Assembly: GCA_963810005.1 (NCBI GenBank)
Contig: CAWELY010000011.1
Span: forward strand, 122,458-186,457
Direction of reading: 5' to 3'
Length of the DNA: 64,000 bases
DNA from: an uncultured Acidobacteriota bacterium
Lineage (GTDB): Bacteria; Acidobacteriota; Terriglobia; UBA7540
Part shown: positions 8,578 through 17,151 of the stretch, piece after piece
Position numbering within the stretch: the stretch's first letter is position 1
How the letters are laid out: each line of letters starts with the position of its first letter
Translations under genes and position numbers: made by a program
Notes under the pieces: model-generated
The model's input: only the letters and a program-made list of their open reading frames with translations
The model's database searches: none
Told to the model about the DNA's origin: nothing

Positions 8578-9606
8578 ATGAAGGCAATGCGATTTCACCA
8601 GCACGGCGGTCCGGAGGTCCTGAGGTACGAGGATGCGCCGGACCCGAAAATATTGGCAAACGAAGTCCTGGTGAAGGTGAAGACCTGCGCGCTGAATCAT
8701 CTGGACGTCTGGGTACGCGGTGGCGTGCCGGGGTGGCGCATCCCGTTGCCGCACATTGTGGGGGCCGATGTTTCCGGCGAGGTGGCGGAAGTGGGGTCGC
8801 TGGTGACGCGCGTAAAACCGGGCGAGCGCGTGCTGCTCTCGCCGGGGGTCAGTTGCGGCCAGTGCGAGATGTGCTTCAAGGGGCTGGACAGCGCCTGCCG
8901 CCAGTTTACGGTGATGGGCGTGTTCAATGACGGCGGGTACGCGGAGTACGTGAAATCTGCGGAGATGAACGTGCTTCCCCTTCCCGGTGACCTCAGCTTT
9001 GACGAAGCTGCCGCCGTGCCCTTGGTTTTTCTCACCGCCTGGCACATGCTCTTTACGCGCGCGGGGTTGAAGCCGGGCGAGGAGGTGTTGGTGATCGGCG
9101 CGGGCTCGGGAGTGGGCAGCGCGGCGATTCAAGTGGCCAAACTCGTAAACGCGCGCGTCATCGCCACGGCAGGCGCGGATTGGAAGCTGGAAAAAGCCCT
9201 AGCGCTGGGCGCGGACGAAGTGATCAACCACACGCGGCAGTCGATTGGTGAAGAAGTGAAGCGCCTGACCCGCAAGCGCGGCGTCGACGTGGTCGTCGAT
9301 CACGTGGGAGCGGCGGTTTGGGAAGCCTGCTTTGATTCGCTCGCCACGTATGGGCGGCTCGTGACCTGCGGCATGACCACCGGCGCCGACCTCAAGCTGA
9401 ACGGCCAGGGCCTTTTCGGCCGCCAGCGCACGCTTCTCGGGTCGTTCATGGGAGGCAAGGCGGAACTCGTGGACGCCCTCAAGTTTATCGCCCAACGCAA
9501 ACTGAAAGCGGTGATCGATTCGTCATTCCCCCTCGAAGCAGCGGCCGCCGCGCAGAAAAAGATGGAGGGGCGCGATTTCTTCGGCAAGATTCTGCTGCAT
9601 CCGTAA
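8578..9606 (+). CDS. zinc-type medium-chain dehydrogenase / quinone oxidoreductase family
   Basis: ATG at 8578 after GAAGGGAAGGGA. MKAMRFHQHGGPEVLRYEDAPDPK.., with the GAGSGVGSAAIQ nucleotide-binding motif. Confidence 0.85.
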   Translation: MKAMRFHQHGGPEVLRYEDAPDPKILANEVLVKVKTCALNHLDVWVRGGVPGWRIPLPHIVGADVSGEVAEVGSLVTRVKPGERVLLSPGVSCGQCEMCFKGLDSACRQFTVMGVFNDGGYAEYVKSAEMNVLPLPGDLSFDEAAAVPLVFLTAWHMLFTRAGLKPGEEVLVIGAGSGVGSAAIQVAKLVNARVIATAGADWKLEKALALGADEVINHTRQSIGEEVKRLTRKRGVDVVVDHVGAAVWEACFDSLATYGRLVTCGMTTGADLKLNGQGLFGRQRTLLGSFMGGKAELVDALKFIAQRKLKAVIDSSFPLEAAAAAQKKMEGRDFFGKILLHP

Positions 9607-9713
9607 CCGCGATTTCTGACTGCGCTGGGACGCATTCGGGGAACTGCCGCAAGGCCCGTCCCGACTTGTGGAAACGGGCTACGGAAAAACGCTTTACGGC
9701 GGGCATTCGGTGC

Positions 9714-9852
9714 GAAGCTTTGGAGTGCGGCAGCTTGCTGCCGCTTTGTCCCCAGCCCGCTTGCTGGCGGGGAATTGTGCGCTCGGATGGTTTTCCCGTG
9801 AGCAAGCTCGCGGGCAGAAAAGCGGCAGCAAGCTGCCGCACTCCAAAGCTTC
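9714..9852. repeat. long palindromic element (arms GAAGCTTTGGAGTGCGGCAGCTTGCTGCCGCTTT / AAAGCGGCAGCAAGCTGCCGCACTCCAAAGCTTC)
   Basis: Near-perfect ~34-nt inverted arms around a ~70-nt spacer, read directly. It shares the GAGTGCGG-N10-CCGCTTT design with the core of repeats A and C. Confidence 0.7.
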
Positions 9853-9974
9853 GCGCGACCCTATTGGCGCTTGCCGTCCGCCCAACGAGTTTTTCCGCCG
9901 CGGGGGAAGCACACAAGAAAGCTGTGGGCGAATGAAGCTCTGGTGTATGATCCATTTCCCCCTAGGTTCTTCGC

Positions 9975-10898
9975 ATGTGGATTGAAATGGTGGCAGCAGA
10001 CCTGGAAAGACTTTGGCGCGTCGGCCTCAAGCGCGTCCGCCCGGGGGACATCGTGCTTTCCAGCGGGCGCTACCTCTTCGAGACGGAAGTGCACGCCTAT
10101 GCCTTTTCGATTGCGGCCAACGCCCTTCTTTCCTTTTTCCCCTTCAACCTGATTTTGCTGGCCATCTGCCGGCGCTGGCTGCACTGGGAGAGTGCTTACC
10201 AGACGATTCTCCAGCTTTTGAGCGTAAACCTCCCCAACGGGGGGGATTTTGTGATTCGCAATTTGGTGGCCGTGGTTCACGGGCGGCCGCGGTTGCAAAT
10301 GGTATCCGTGCTCATGCTTTTTTTCACCAGTTCGGGGGTGTTTCTGCCGCTCGAGATCGCCCTCAATAAAGTCTGGGGGTTCCCGCGCAATCGCACTTTC
10401 CTGAAGAATCAAGGAATGTCTTTTGTCCTCGCCCTGGTCTCCGGCGTGCTCGCCCTTTGCTTCATCCTGGCGATTACTCCCCTGCGGGCGGCGATAACTT
10501 TCTTGATCGGCTGGATACCTTCCCCGAGTTTCCTCACGATGGTGTCGCACCTTGCCCTGGAGATTGCCTCCGTGCCCCTCGTGGCTTCGCTTTATTTCAT
10601 GATTTACTATTTTCTGCCCAACGGGAAAGTCCCCATGGCGCGGGTTCTCCTCGCCGCCATCGCCGCGGGAATCCTAACGGAGGTGGGGAAGGTGCTCTAT
10701 ATCCTGACCCTCCCGATGTTCCATTTCCGGGAAGTTTACGGACCCTTTGAGACGTCGGTGGCGCTGCTTTTTTGGGCGTATGCGGGCTCCCTGATTCTGC
10801 TCTTCGGGGCGCACCTCTCGGCGCACCTGTTTGTGTCGAATGAGGTCACCCGGGAGGTTGAGGCGGTTGGAAGTGAGGAGCTGGAAGAGAGCAGCTAA
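9975..10898 (+). CDS. YihY/BrkB-family integral membrane protein
   Basis: 307-aa multi-TM ORF with YihY-like motifs (FSIAANALLSFFPF, LNKVWGFPRNRTF, WAYAGSLILLFGA). Its TAA stop is partly supplied by the IS630 end. Confidence 0.8.
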   Translation: MWIEMVAADLERLWRVGLKRVRPGDIVLSSGRYLFETEVHAYAFSIAANALLSFFPFNLILLAICRRWLHWESAYQTILQLLSVNLPNGGDFVIRNLVAVVHGRPRLQMVSVLMLFFTSSGVFLPLEIALNKVWGFPRNRTFLKNQGMSFVLALVSGVLALCFILAITPLRAAITFLIGWIPSPSFLTMVSHLALEIASVPLVASLYFMIYYFLPNGKVPMARVLLAAIAAGILTEVGKVLYILTLPMFHFREVYGPFETSVALLFWAYAGSLILLFGAHLSAHLFVSNEVTREVEAVGSEELEESS

Positions 10899-12016
10899 GT
10901 TGACTACACTAAATATTGCGCGTAATTCGGTTTGGGTATACCATCCCTTGTATGGCCCGACCGAGTTTGCTCAAGCTGTCGGAAGCGGACGAGCGCCAGT
11001 TGCGGGAAGCCGCGGCCGACTCTCCTGATGCAGATTTTCGTGATGCCTGTCGCGCCGTTCTGAGCCTGGCCCGAGGGGCGACGCGCCCGCAGGTGGGGGA
11101 GCAGTTGCGCGTGCATCCGGCCACGGTCGGGCGTTGGGCGGCGCGCTATCGCCAGCGGGGGCTCGCCGGGCTTCGGGGCCCGGAGCACGATGGCCGCGGA
11201 CGACCGCGCCGCTTGCAGGTGGAGCATTTGCAATGGCTGCGGCAAACGGTTCTTACCTCGCCCCGGAAATTGGGTTATGCTTTCACCGCCTGGACCTTGC
11301 CGAGGCTGGCGGAGTTCTTGCAGCGGCAGACGGGGGTAACGGTGCAACCGCACTACCTGGGACGGCTGCTGCACCGCATGGGCATTGCCCGGAAACGTCC
11401 CAAGCGGGTGCTGGAAGGCAAACGCGATGAGGCCGCCCATGACCGCGCCAAAACTGAGTTGCAAGCCCTCAAGAAGCATCTGGGGCGGCGGAAAAGGACC
11501 GTCGTGATCAGCCAGGACGAAACCGAATTTCATCTTTACCCTTACCTGGTGGCGATCTGGTCGGTGGTGGGCAGTCCCCAACCGGAAGTGCGCACGCCGG
11601 GGAAGAATCAGAAGCGCGTCTTGTATGGAGGCCTGAACCTGAAAACCGGACACCTCACCAGCCACTGGGCGGCGACGAAAAGCGGTGCGCATTTTGTCGA
11701 ATATCTGGAAACGCTCTTGCATGATTATCCCGACCAGAAGATCCTCATGATCGCCGACAACGGCAGCTTCCATCATACGCTGAAAGTGGACGCCTTCGTG
11801 AAGGACCACCGCAACCGTTTGGAGATCAAATGGCTGCCTCCGTATTGCCCCGACCTGAACGACATCGAGCGCACCTGGAGACGGCTCAAGGCCAGCCATG
11901 CCTCCAACTTCCTGTTTAACTCCCTCGACGAGTTGGTCGATAACGTGCGCCAAGGCATTGGCGAACTGAATTCCACGGTCGCTACCAATTAAGAGCATTA
12001 TTTAGTGTAGTCAACT
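10898..12016 (+). mobile_element. IS630-family insertion sequence, apparently intact, with TA target-site duplication
   Basis: 18-nt perfect terminal inverted repeats AGTTGACTACACTAAATA (10898-10915 and 11999-12016, reverse complement). TA flanks both ends at 10896-10897 and 12017-12018. A single transposase ORF lies inside. Confidence 0.85.
10952..11992 (+). CDS. IS630-family DDE transposase
   Basis: MARPSLLKLSEADERQL.. N-terminal HTH region, then a catalytic region with ISQDETEF, IADNGSFH and LPPYCPDLNDIERTW. An alternative TTG start lies at 10916. Confidence 0.85.
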   Translation: MARPSLLKLSEADERQLREAAADSPDADFRDACRAVLSLARGATRPQVGEQLRVHPATVGRWAARYRQRGLAGLRGPEHDGRGRPRRLQVEHLQWLRQTVLTSPRKLGYAFTAWTLPRLAEFLQRQTGVTVQPHYLGRLLHRMGIARKRPKRVLEGKRDEAAHDRAKTELQALKKHLGRRKRTVVISQDETEFHLYPYLVAIWSVVGSPQPEVRTPGKNQKRVLYGGLNLKTGHLTSHWAATKSGAHFVEYLETLLHDYPDQKILMIADNGSFHHTLKVDAFVKDHRNRLEIKWLPPYCPDLNDIERTWRRLKASHASNFLFNSLDELVDNVRQGIGELNSTVATN

Positions 12017-12116
12017 TAGAAGCTAGAAGTTAGAATTTAGAAGGTAGAAGTTAGAAGGGAGATGCTAACCTCCTTCCTCCAGCTTCTAGCTTCTAACTCC
12101 TAGCTCCTAAATTCTG
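12017..12116. repeat. heptamer word array hairpin (TAGAAGN words and their complement)
   Basis: TAGAAGC TAGAAGT TAGAATT TAGAAGG TAGAAGT TAGAAGG, then a ~15-nt spacer, then the imperfect reverse-complement run (CAGCTTCTAGCTTCTAACTCCTAGCTCCTAAATTCTG). Confidence 0.6.
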
Positions 12117-12125
12117 ACTCTGAGG

Positions 12126-13207
12126 TTGATATTTATGGGAGACCGGCAGGAGATACAAGCAATCCCGGGCGCATTGCGCCTGACGCTGGAGAAGGCCCAC
12201 GCTGAGTATGGGGCGGTGGCGCGCAAGATCCGGTGGGGTGACGGGCCCGTCTACGTCTGCGGGGCGGGGGAATGCGCCGCCCTGGGCGTGGCGGCTGGCT
12301 ATGCGTTTGAGTACTTTCTCGGCTTGCCGGTGGTGGCGCGCCCGGTGGAGGTTTTCCAGAACTACAGTCGCTCCCTCCTGCACCCGCGCTCGGTGCTGGT
12401 CATGATTTCGGCCAGGGGAGAATGGCCGGAAGCCCAGGAACTTGCCCGCGATGCGCTGGAGCGCGGTTGCACGACGGTGGCGTTGGCCAATACTCCCGAC
12501 AGCCCGCTGGTGAAATTGGCGGATCATGTTTTCCTCACCCCGGCCGAAGGTGATGCGGAATCGCCCACCGTGATCGGTTTGTATGCACGCCGCCCTCAAT
12601 TTCCTGGCGTTCGAAGCCATGCGGGTGCTGCAAGAAACCCAAGCCGTGGTGGGACCTGGTGGAAAAGGATTTTGATCAGTTGCCGGAAAAGCTCGAGTGG
12701 GTGTTCACGCAGCTTCCGTCGGTGGTCCGCTCGGCGGCGGCCGAGGTGGCGCGGTTTCCCCGCGCTGCGCATCGTGGGGGGAGGTTTTTACCACTATCCC
12801 GCTTGGCAGGCGGCGCGGCGAATGAGATTCCTGGCCGGACCTTCCGGTGGAGGCCATCGAGGCCTCGGAGTTGTTGCAGCGGAATTGCCCACTTCGCCCG
12901 GCGTGACGACGCGGTCCTGTTTCTTTCCGGCTCGCAATCGAAAATGAAGAAACTCCTCCATCGCTCGGCCGCCCAAGCGCGGGCGAATGGCGCGCGGGTG
13001 CTTTCCCTGACCGACAGCAACGATCGCGAACTTGCCGAGGGCTCGGACCTGGGAATCTTGATCCCCTCGCTCCTGGAAGCGCCGGCAAGTACCCTCACGA
13101 TGTTTATGCTCGAATGGCTGGCGATGGAAGCCCTTCGCGCCAAGGCGCCACAAGAGAAAGTCAAAAGTCAACAGTCAAAAGGCAAAAGTGAAAGGCCGGA
13201 AGTCTAA
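12126..13207 (+). pseudogene. double SIS-domain sugar isomerase/aminotransferase-like protein, several frameshifts
   Basis: ORF 12126-12947 begins with SIS-like VYVCGAGECAALGVAAGYAFEYF..VLVMISARGEWPE. The C-terminal SIS part (VLFLSGSQSKMKKLL..ARVLSLTD) is in ORF 12659-13207. Frames switch near 12590, 12770 and 12830-12900. Confidence 0.65.
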
Positions 13208-13390
13208 AACGGCCCCGCCCCGTTTCCGCGCTTCCAGCTTCGCCGCGGCTGTTTATTCAAGCAGGCACCGCCCAGTTGGGGAGCGTTGCAAGATGTAAGA
13301 ATCGGCATTTGAGAGCTATCTTTATCGGAAAGCACAAATCAGGCATCTTAATGGATTATAGTAAGGCGTTAAGATATTAACTTTATATCG

Positions 13391-13419
13391 TTGACACGGG
13401 GTTCTGATTCTGTTCTAAT
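13391..13419 (+). promoter_or_regulatory. candidate sigma70-type promoter TTGACA-17-TCTAAT
   Basis: TTGACA at 13391-13396, a 17-nt spacer, TCTAAT at 13414-13419. The ATG of the XRE gene begins 7 nt after the -10, and there is no SD sequence, so the mRNA may be leaderless. Confidence 0.3.
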
Positions 13420-13425
13420 TCAGCT

Positions 13426-13764
13426 ATGGACGTAGGAAAACGATTAAGACAATTGCGTGAAGTTAAAGGTCTCTCGCAAGGCGACATCGAACGGCGGTCT
13501 GGTCTCTTGCGCTCGTACATCTCTCGCGTTGAAGGCGGATACACAGCACCCTCGCTCCCAACCCTGGAAAAATTCTCCAAAGCATTGGAAGTCGAACCTT
13601 ACCAATTGCTTTTCCAGGGTGAGGGAAAACCGTCCGCACCCAAGGTTCCCGATCAGGTGAACCTGGGCAAGCCGGTCAAAAAGCTGATTAAGTCTTTTGA
13701 GATGATGTCGAGCACGAACCGCAGGCTGTTGATGTCGATGGCGGATAAGCTCGCCAAGCACTGA
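13426..13764 (+). CDS. XRE-family helix-turn-helix transcriptional regulator
   Basis: MDVGKRLRQLREVKGLSQGDIERRSGLLRSYISRVEGGYTAPSLPTLEKFSKAL is a canonical Cro/C1 HTH. It lies in a locally AT-richer patch. Confidence 0.75.
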   Translation: MDVGKRLRQLREVKGLSQGDIERRSGLLRSYISRVEGGYTAPSLPTLEKFSKALEVEPYQLLFQGEGKPSAPKVPDQVNLGKPVKKLIKSFEMMSSTNRRLLMSMADKLAKH

Positions 13765-14231
13765 GAGCACCCAAACTGTTCTGTACGCGTCGGCAGCGGT
13801 TATCCTTCTCGGCTTTTACCGGGAAGGCAAGGGATGAGTGTTGGCAAAAGCGTCAGCGCTATCGTCTCTGCCTTTTGACCCGCAGATGCCGGGAAGCCGG
13901 TAATCCCGTGAGGGTGGATGTGTCTCTCGCGTACCTGGACAGAGCCAAGGTCTCGCCTTCTTCCTTCGCAGCTCCAACGCTTCGAAGAGCGAGGCGTTGA
14001 CCGGTGGCGGAGTCGAGGTGTTTCCATTTCGCGCGTCAGGAAATGGCAGCGGTACCCGCGAGCAGCAATCCTTTGACAAGATACTCTGCCAATTCGGGGG
14101 GACTCAAAAAAACCTTCCGCGGAGGTCTGTATGTGTCTTCCGGCTGAGGCAGGCTTTTCCCGGCGAGCAAATTGCAATGACCATATGGGGCTGTTAGAAT
14201 TGGGCGAGGGTTTCAACGGTAATTCTTGAAC

Positions 14232-14250
14232 GAGAATGATGATCAATTGC
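14232..14250. promoter_or_regulatory. Fur/PerR-like box candidate upstream of rubrerythrin
   Basis: GAGAATGATGATCAATTGC matches the 19-nt Fur consensus GATAATGATAATCATTATC at 14 of 19 positions. It ends 30 nt upstream of the rubrerythrin ATG. Confidence 0.3.
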
Positions 14251-14279
14251 AAGCTGTTCACAAATAAGGAGTCAAAACT

Positions 14280-14703
14280 ATGGCAACCCATCTGAAAGGC
14301 ACGAAGACCCACGAGAATCTGAAGGCAGCATTTGCCGGCGAGTCGCAGGCAAACCGCCGGTATTTGTATTTCTCCAAGCAGGCAGACGTTGAGGGATATC
14401 CGGATGTCGCCGGTTTGTTTCGCGACACGGCGGAGGGCGAAACCGGCCACGCTCACGGTCATTTGGATTACCTGAAAGCCGGTGGGTGATCCTGCCACCG
14501 ACCTGCCCATCGGCGACACCCAGGAAAACCTGAAGGCCGCCATCGCCGGCGAGACCCACGAATATACGGACATGTACCCCGGCATGGCCAAGTCCGCGCG
14601 GGAAGAAGGCTTCACCGAAATTGCGGATTGGTTCGAGACCCTGGCCAAGGCGGAGAAATCCCACGCGGGACGCTTCCAAAAAGGTCTGGACAGCATTTCC
14701 TAA
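14280..14703 (+). pseudogene. rubrerythrin/ferritin-like diiron protein (no rubredoxin domain), one frameshift at about 14485
   Basis: AAGGAG precedes the ATG at 14280. Two ExxH half-sites are present ([26 protein letters not shown] and [23 protein letters not shown]). ORFs 14280-14489 and 14482-14703 join if one G is removed from GGTGGG. Confidence 0.8.
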
Positions 14704-14752
14704 TTTTCCACTGGGTATTTAATTCTCAGGTAGCGACTCAGGTCGAGGAAGG

Positions 14753-14783
14753 GTAGTGCGGACCTGTTCTGTAGGTCCGCGCT
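14753..14783. repeat. solo hairpin of the GCGGACCT..AGGTCCGC family
   Basis: GTAGTGCGGACCTGTTCTGTAGGTCCGCGCT, which is one arm-hairpin of the double-hairpin elements at 36528, 38877 and 59201. Confidence 0.6.
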
Positions 14784-14874
14784 TTCATGCCCATGGAGCG
14801 AGCCGTGGACCTGCGGAACCGGTCCGTGCTACACCTGCTACATCTGCTGAGAGAGCTTTGCCGGAGTCGATCCC

Positions 14875-16259
14875 ATGGATATCATCAAAGGCGCGCCCAC
14901 TGCTGGCATGACATACGATCCGAACAACCCGATTTACTGGGATGCCAAGGGGTTGAAGCAGGAGTTGCGGCGCGTCTTCGAAATCTGCAACGGGTGCCGC
15001 CTCTGCTTCAATCTTTGTCCTTCGTTCCCGGACATGTTCAACGCTTTCGACCGCCAGGTGGGTGACCACGTTGAATTGACGCCGCAGGAGACGGACCAGA
15101 GTCCTCGACGGCTGCTTTCAATGCAAAATCTGTTACGTTAAGTGCCCCTACACGCCCGGACGACAAGCACGAATTTCAGCTCGACTTTCCGCGCCTGCTC
15201 CTGCGTGCCCACGCCGTCCGGCAGAAGGAGCGCGGCATCGGGCTGCGTGACCGCCTTTTGTCGCGGCCGGAGATGATGGGGAAGATGGCCAAGCTCACTC
15301 CCGGCCTTGCCAACTGGGCCAACCGTCAACCGCTGCTGCGCGCGGGGCTGCAATGCGGGCTGGGAATCCATAAGGACAAACTCCTTCCGGAATTCCACGG
15401 CGAGCTGTTTGAGGAGTGGTACCGCAAGCAACCGCCGCCCGCCGGCGATCCCACCAAAGCCGTGCTCTTCAGTACTTGCTTCGTGAACTACAACCATCCC
15501 GACCTGGGCAAGGATCTCATGGAAGTCTTTTCCCGGAATGGCATCGCCCTGGGCCTGCCGAAGCAGAATTGTTGCGGCATGCCGGCGATGGAAGCGGGTG
15601 ACATCGAGCTGGCCAAGCGGCTGGCGCGGCAAAATGTGGAGGCGTTGCTTCCATACGTGCGGGAAGGGAAGAAGGTTCTGGCGGTCAACCCCACCTGCTC
15701 TTACATGATGCGCAAAGAGTATGGCGAACTGGTGGGCACGCCGGAAGCGCGCGAGGTGGCGGCCGCCGCCATGGACCCGTGCGAGTTTCTGTTTCAACTC
15801 AAGCAAGAGGGCAAATTCAACCGCGATTTCCGCAGCACTCCCGAACTCGTCGCCTACCACGTGCCCTGCCACCTGCGCGCACAGAACATCGGCTTCCGCT
15901 CCCGCGACCTGATGCGCCTGATTCCGGGAACGACGGTGAAGATGGTGGAGCAATGTTGCGGCCACGATGGCACGTGGGCGATGCGCAAGGAATTTTTCCC
16001 CCTCTCGCTGCTCACCGGCAAAAAGGCGTTTGACCAGATGCAGGCCGTCCAAGCCAAAGTGATGGCCACCGATTGCCCACTGGCGGCGATTCAATTTCAG
16101 CAGGCGATCGGGCAGCGGCCGATTCACCCGATTCAGGTGCTGGCCCGCGCCTACCGCTCCGACGGCTTCCCCAAAGCCATCAATCCACCCGAGGAGAAGA
16201 AGGGCCGAGCGGCGCTCGGCCTTCCGGCAATTCGCACCCGTGCTCGATGGAGGTATTAG
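14875..16259 (+). pseudogene. (Fe-S)-binding protein of the GlpC / heterodisulfide-reductase-related type (2x4Fe-4S plus two CCG domains), frameshifted
   Basis: CNGCRLCFNLCP, then in another frame CFQCKICYVKCPYTP, then ORF 15258-16259 carrying the CCG motifs (NCCGMPA, EQCCGHDG). Frame breaks lie near 15095 and 15157. Confidence 0.8.
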
Positions 16260-16263
16260 ACCT

Positions 16264-16830
16264 ATGAAGCTGATCGACGTTTCGGAAATCAAACACATTG
16301 CCGACTACGAAATCCTGCGTCCCGAGTGGCGGCCGCAAATGATGGCGCTCAAGGACCGGCGGCGCATTCGCGTGGGCGGGCACATGACGTTCCTGTTCGA
16401 AAACCGCGACACCGTGCGCTATCAGATTCAGGAGATGATGCGCATCGAGCGGTTGCAAAACCCCCACGAGATCGCTCATGAGGTCAAGACTTACAACGAG
16501 CTGATCCCTGCCGCCGGGGAGCTTTCTGCCTGCCTGCTGATTGAGTACGAAACCCCGGCGGAACGCGACGTCTGGCTGCGCAACCTGCTGGGTTTGGAGC
16601 ATCACATTTGGCTTGAAACCGGCGGCCAGCGGTCGCAGGCGCGGTTTGACGACCGCCAGATCTCGACCGACCGCCTCAGTTCCGTCCAGTACATCAAATT
16701 CCAACTCAGCCCTGAGCAGGTGGCGGCGTTTCCTCGAGAGGCCAAGATTGTCATTGACCACCCGAAATACCCGGCCGAACAAAACCTCACCCCGGAACAA
16801 TTGCAAGAACTGTCGGCGGACTTGAAGTAG
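16264..16830 (+). CDS. DUF3501-family protein
   Basis: ATG at 16264, 4 nt after the Fe-S gene stop. MKLIDVSEIKHIADYEILRPEWRPQMMALKDRRRIRVGGHMTFLFENRDTVRYQIQEMMRIE matches my recollection of DUF3501, a family commonly found next to rubrerythrin and CCG Fe-S genes. Confidence 0.7.
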   Translation: MKLIDVSEIKHIADYEILRPEWRPQMMALKDRRRIRVGGHMTFLFENRDTVRYQIQEMMRIERLQNPHEIAHEVKTYNELIPAAGELSACLLIEYETPAERDVWLRNLLGLEHHIWLETGGQRSQARFDDRQISTDRLSSVQYIKFQLSPEQVAAFPREAKIVIDHPKYPAEQNLTPEQLQELSADLK

Positions 16831-17151
16831 CGGGGAATAGCAAGAACGCCGAGGGATGCGGCTGGCGCGCCTGGGGTGGCTCGAACCCGCAAGGGAATTC
16901 AGTCTCAACGTTTCGCGACCATGGGCAAGTTCCTCGTATCGCAGACGAACGTGCCGCCTACGCCCCGATTCATCATACCCATCCAGTTTCTTGAGCAGTC
17001 CAATGGGCCCGGCGCTTGAGTTGGGTTCGACGAACCCCGTACGAGTGCGACAATGCGATGGCGGCAGAATAACAAGACACGCACGCATAGGCAGGCTTTC
17101 GCGGCTCAGGGCCCCGTGGTACGATGCCCGCACGGCGGTGGAGGAATTTAC

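Noticed and set aside
8374-9132. 252-aa minus-strand ORF, plus plus-strand ORF 7575-8486
   Set aside because: These are shadow frames of the quinone oxidoreductase and XdhC genes respectively.
10904-11998. 364-aa minus-strand ORF inside the IS630 element
   Set aside because: It lies antisense to the transposase ORF, which carries the DDE-type motifs.
13800-14696. 298-aa ORF on the minus strand
   Set aside because: It lies antisense to the rubrerythrin gene and to non-coding sequence, has no recognisable motifs, and is a typical high-GC shadow ORF.
16831-17151. 320-nt spacer before the esterase gene as a regulatory RNA
   Set aside because: I saw no conserved motif, convincing promoter or stable stem, so there is nothing to support a call.
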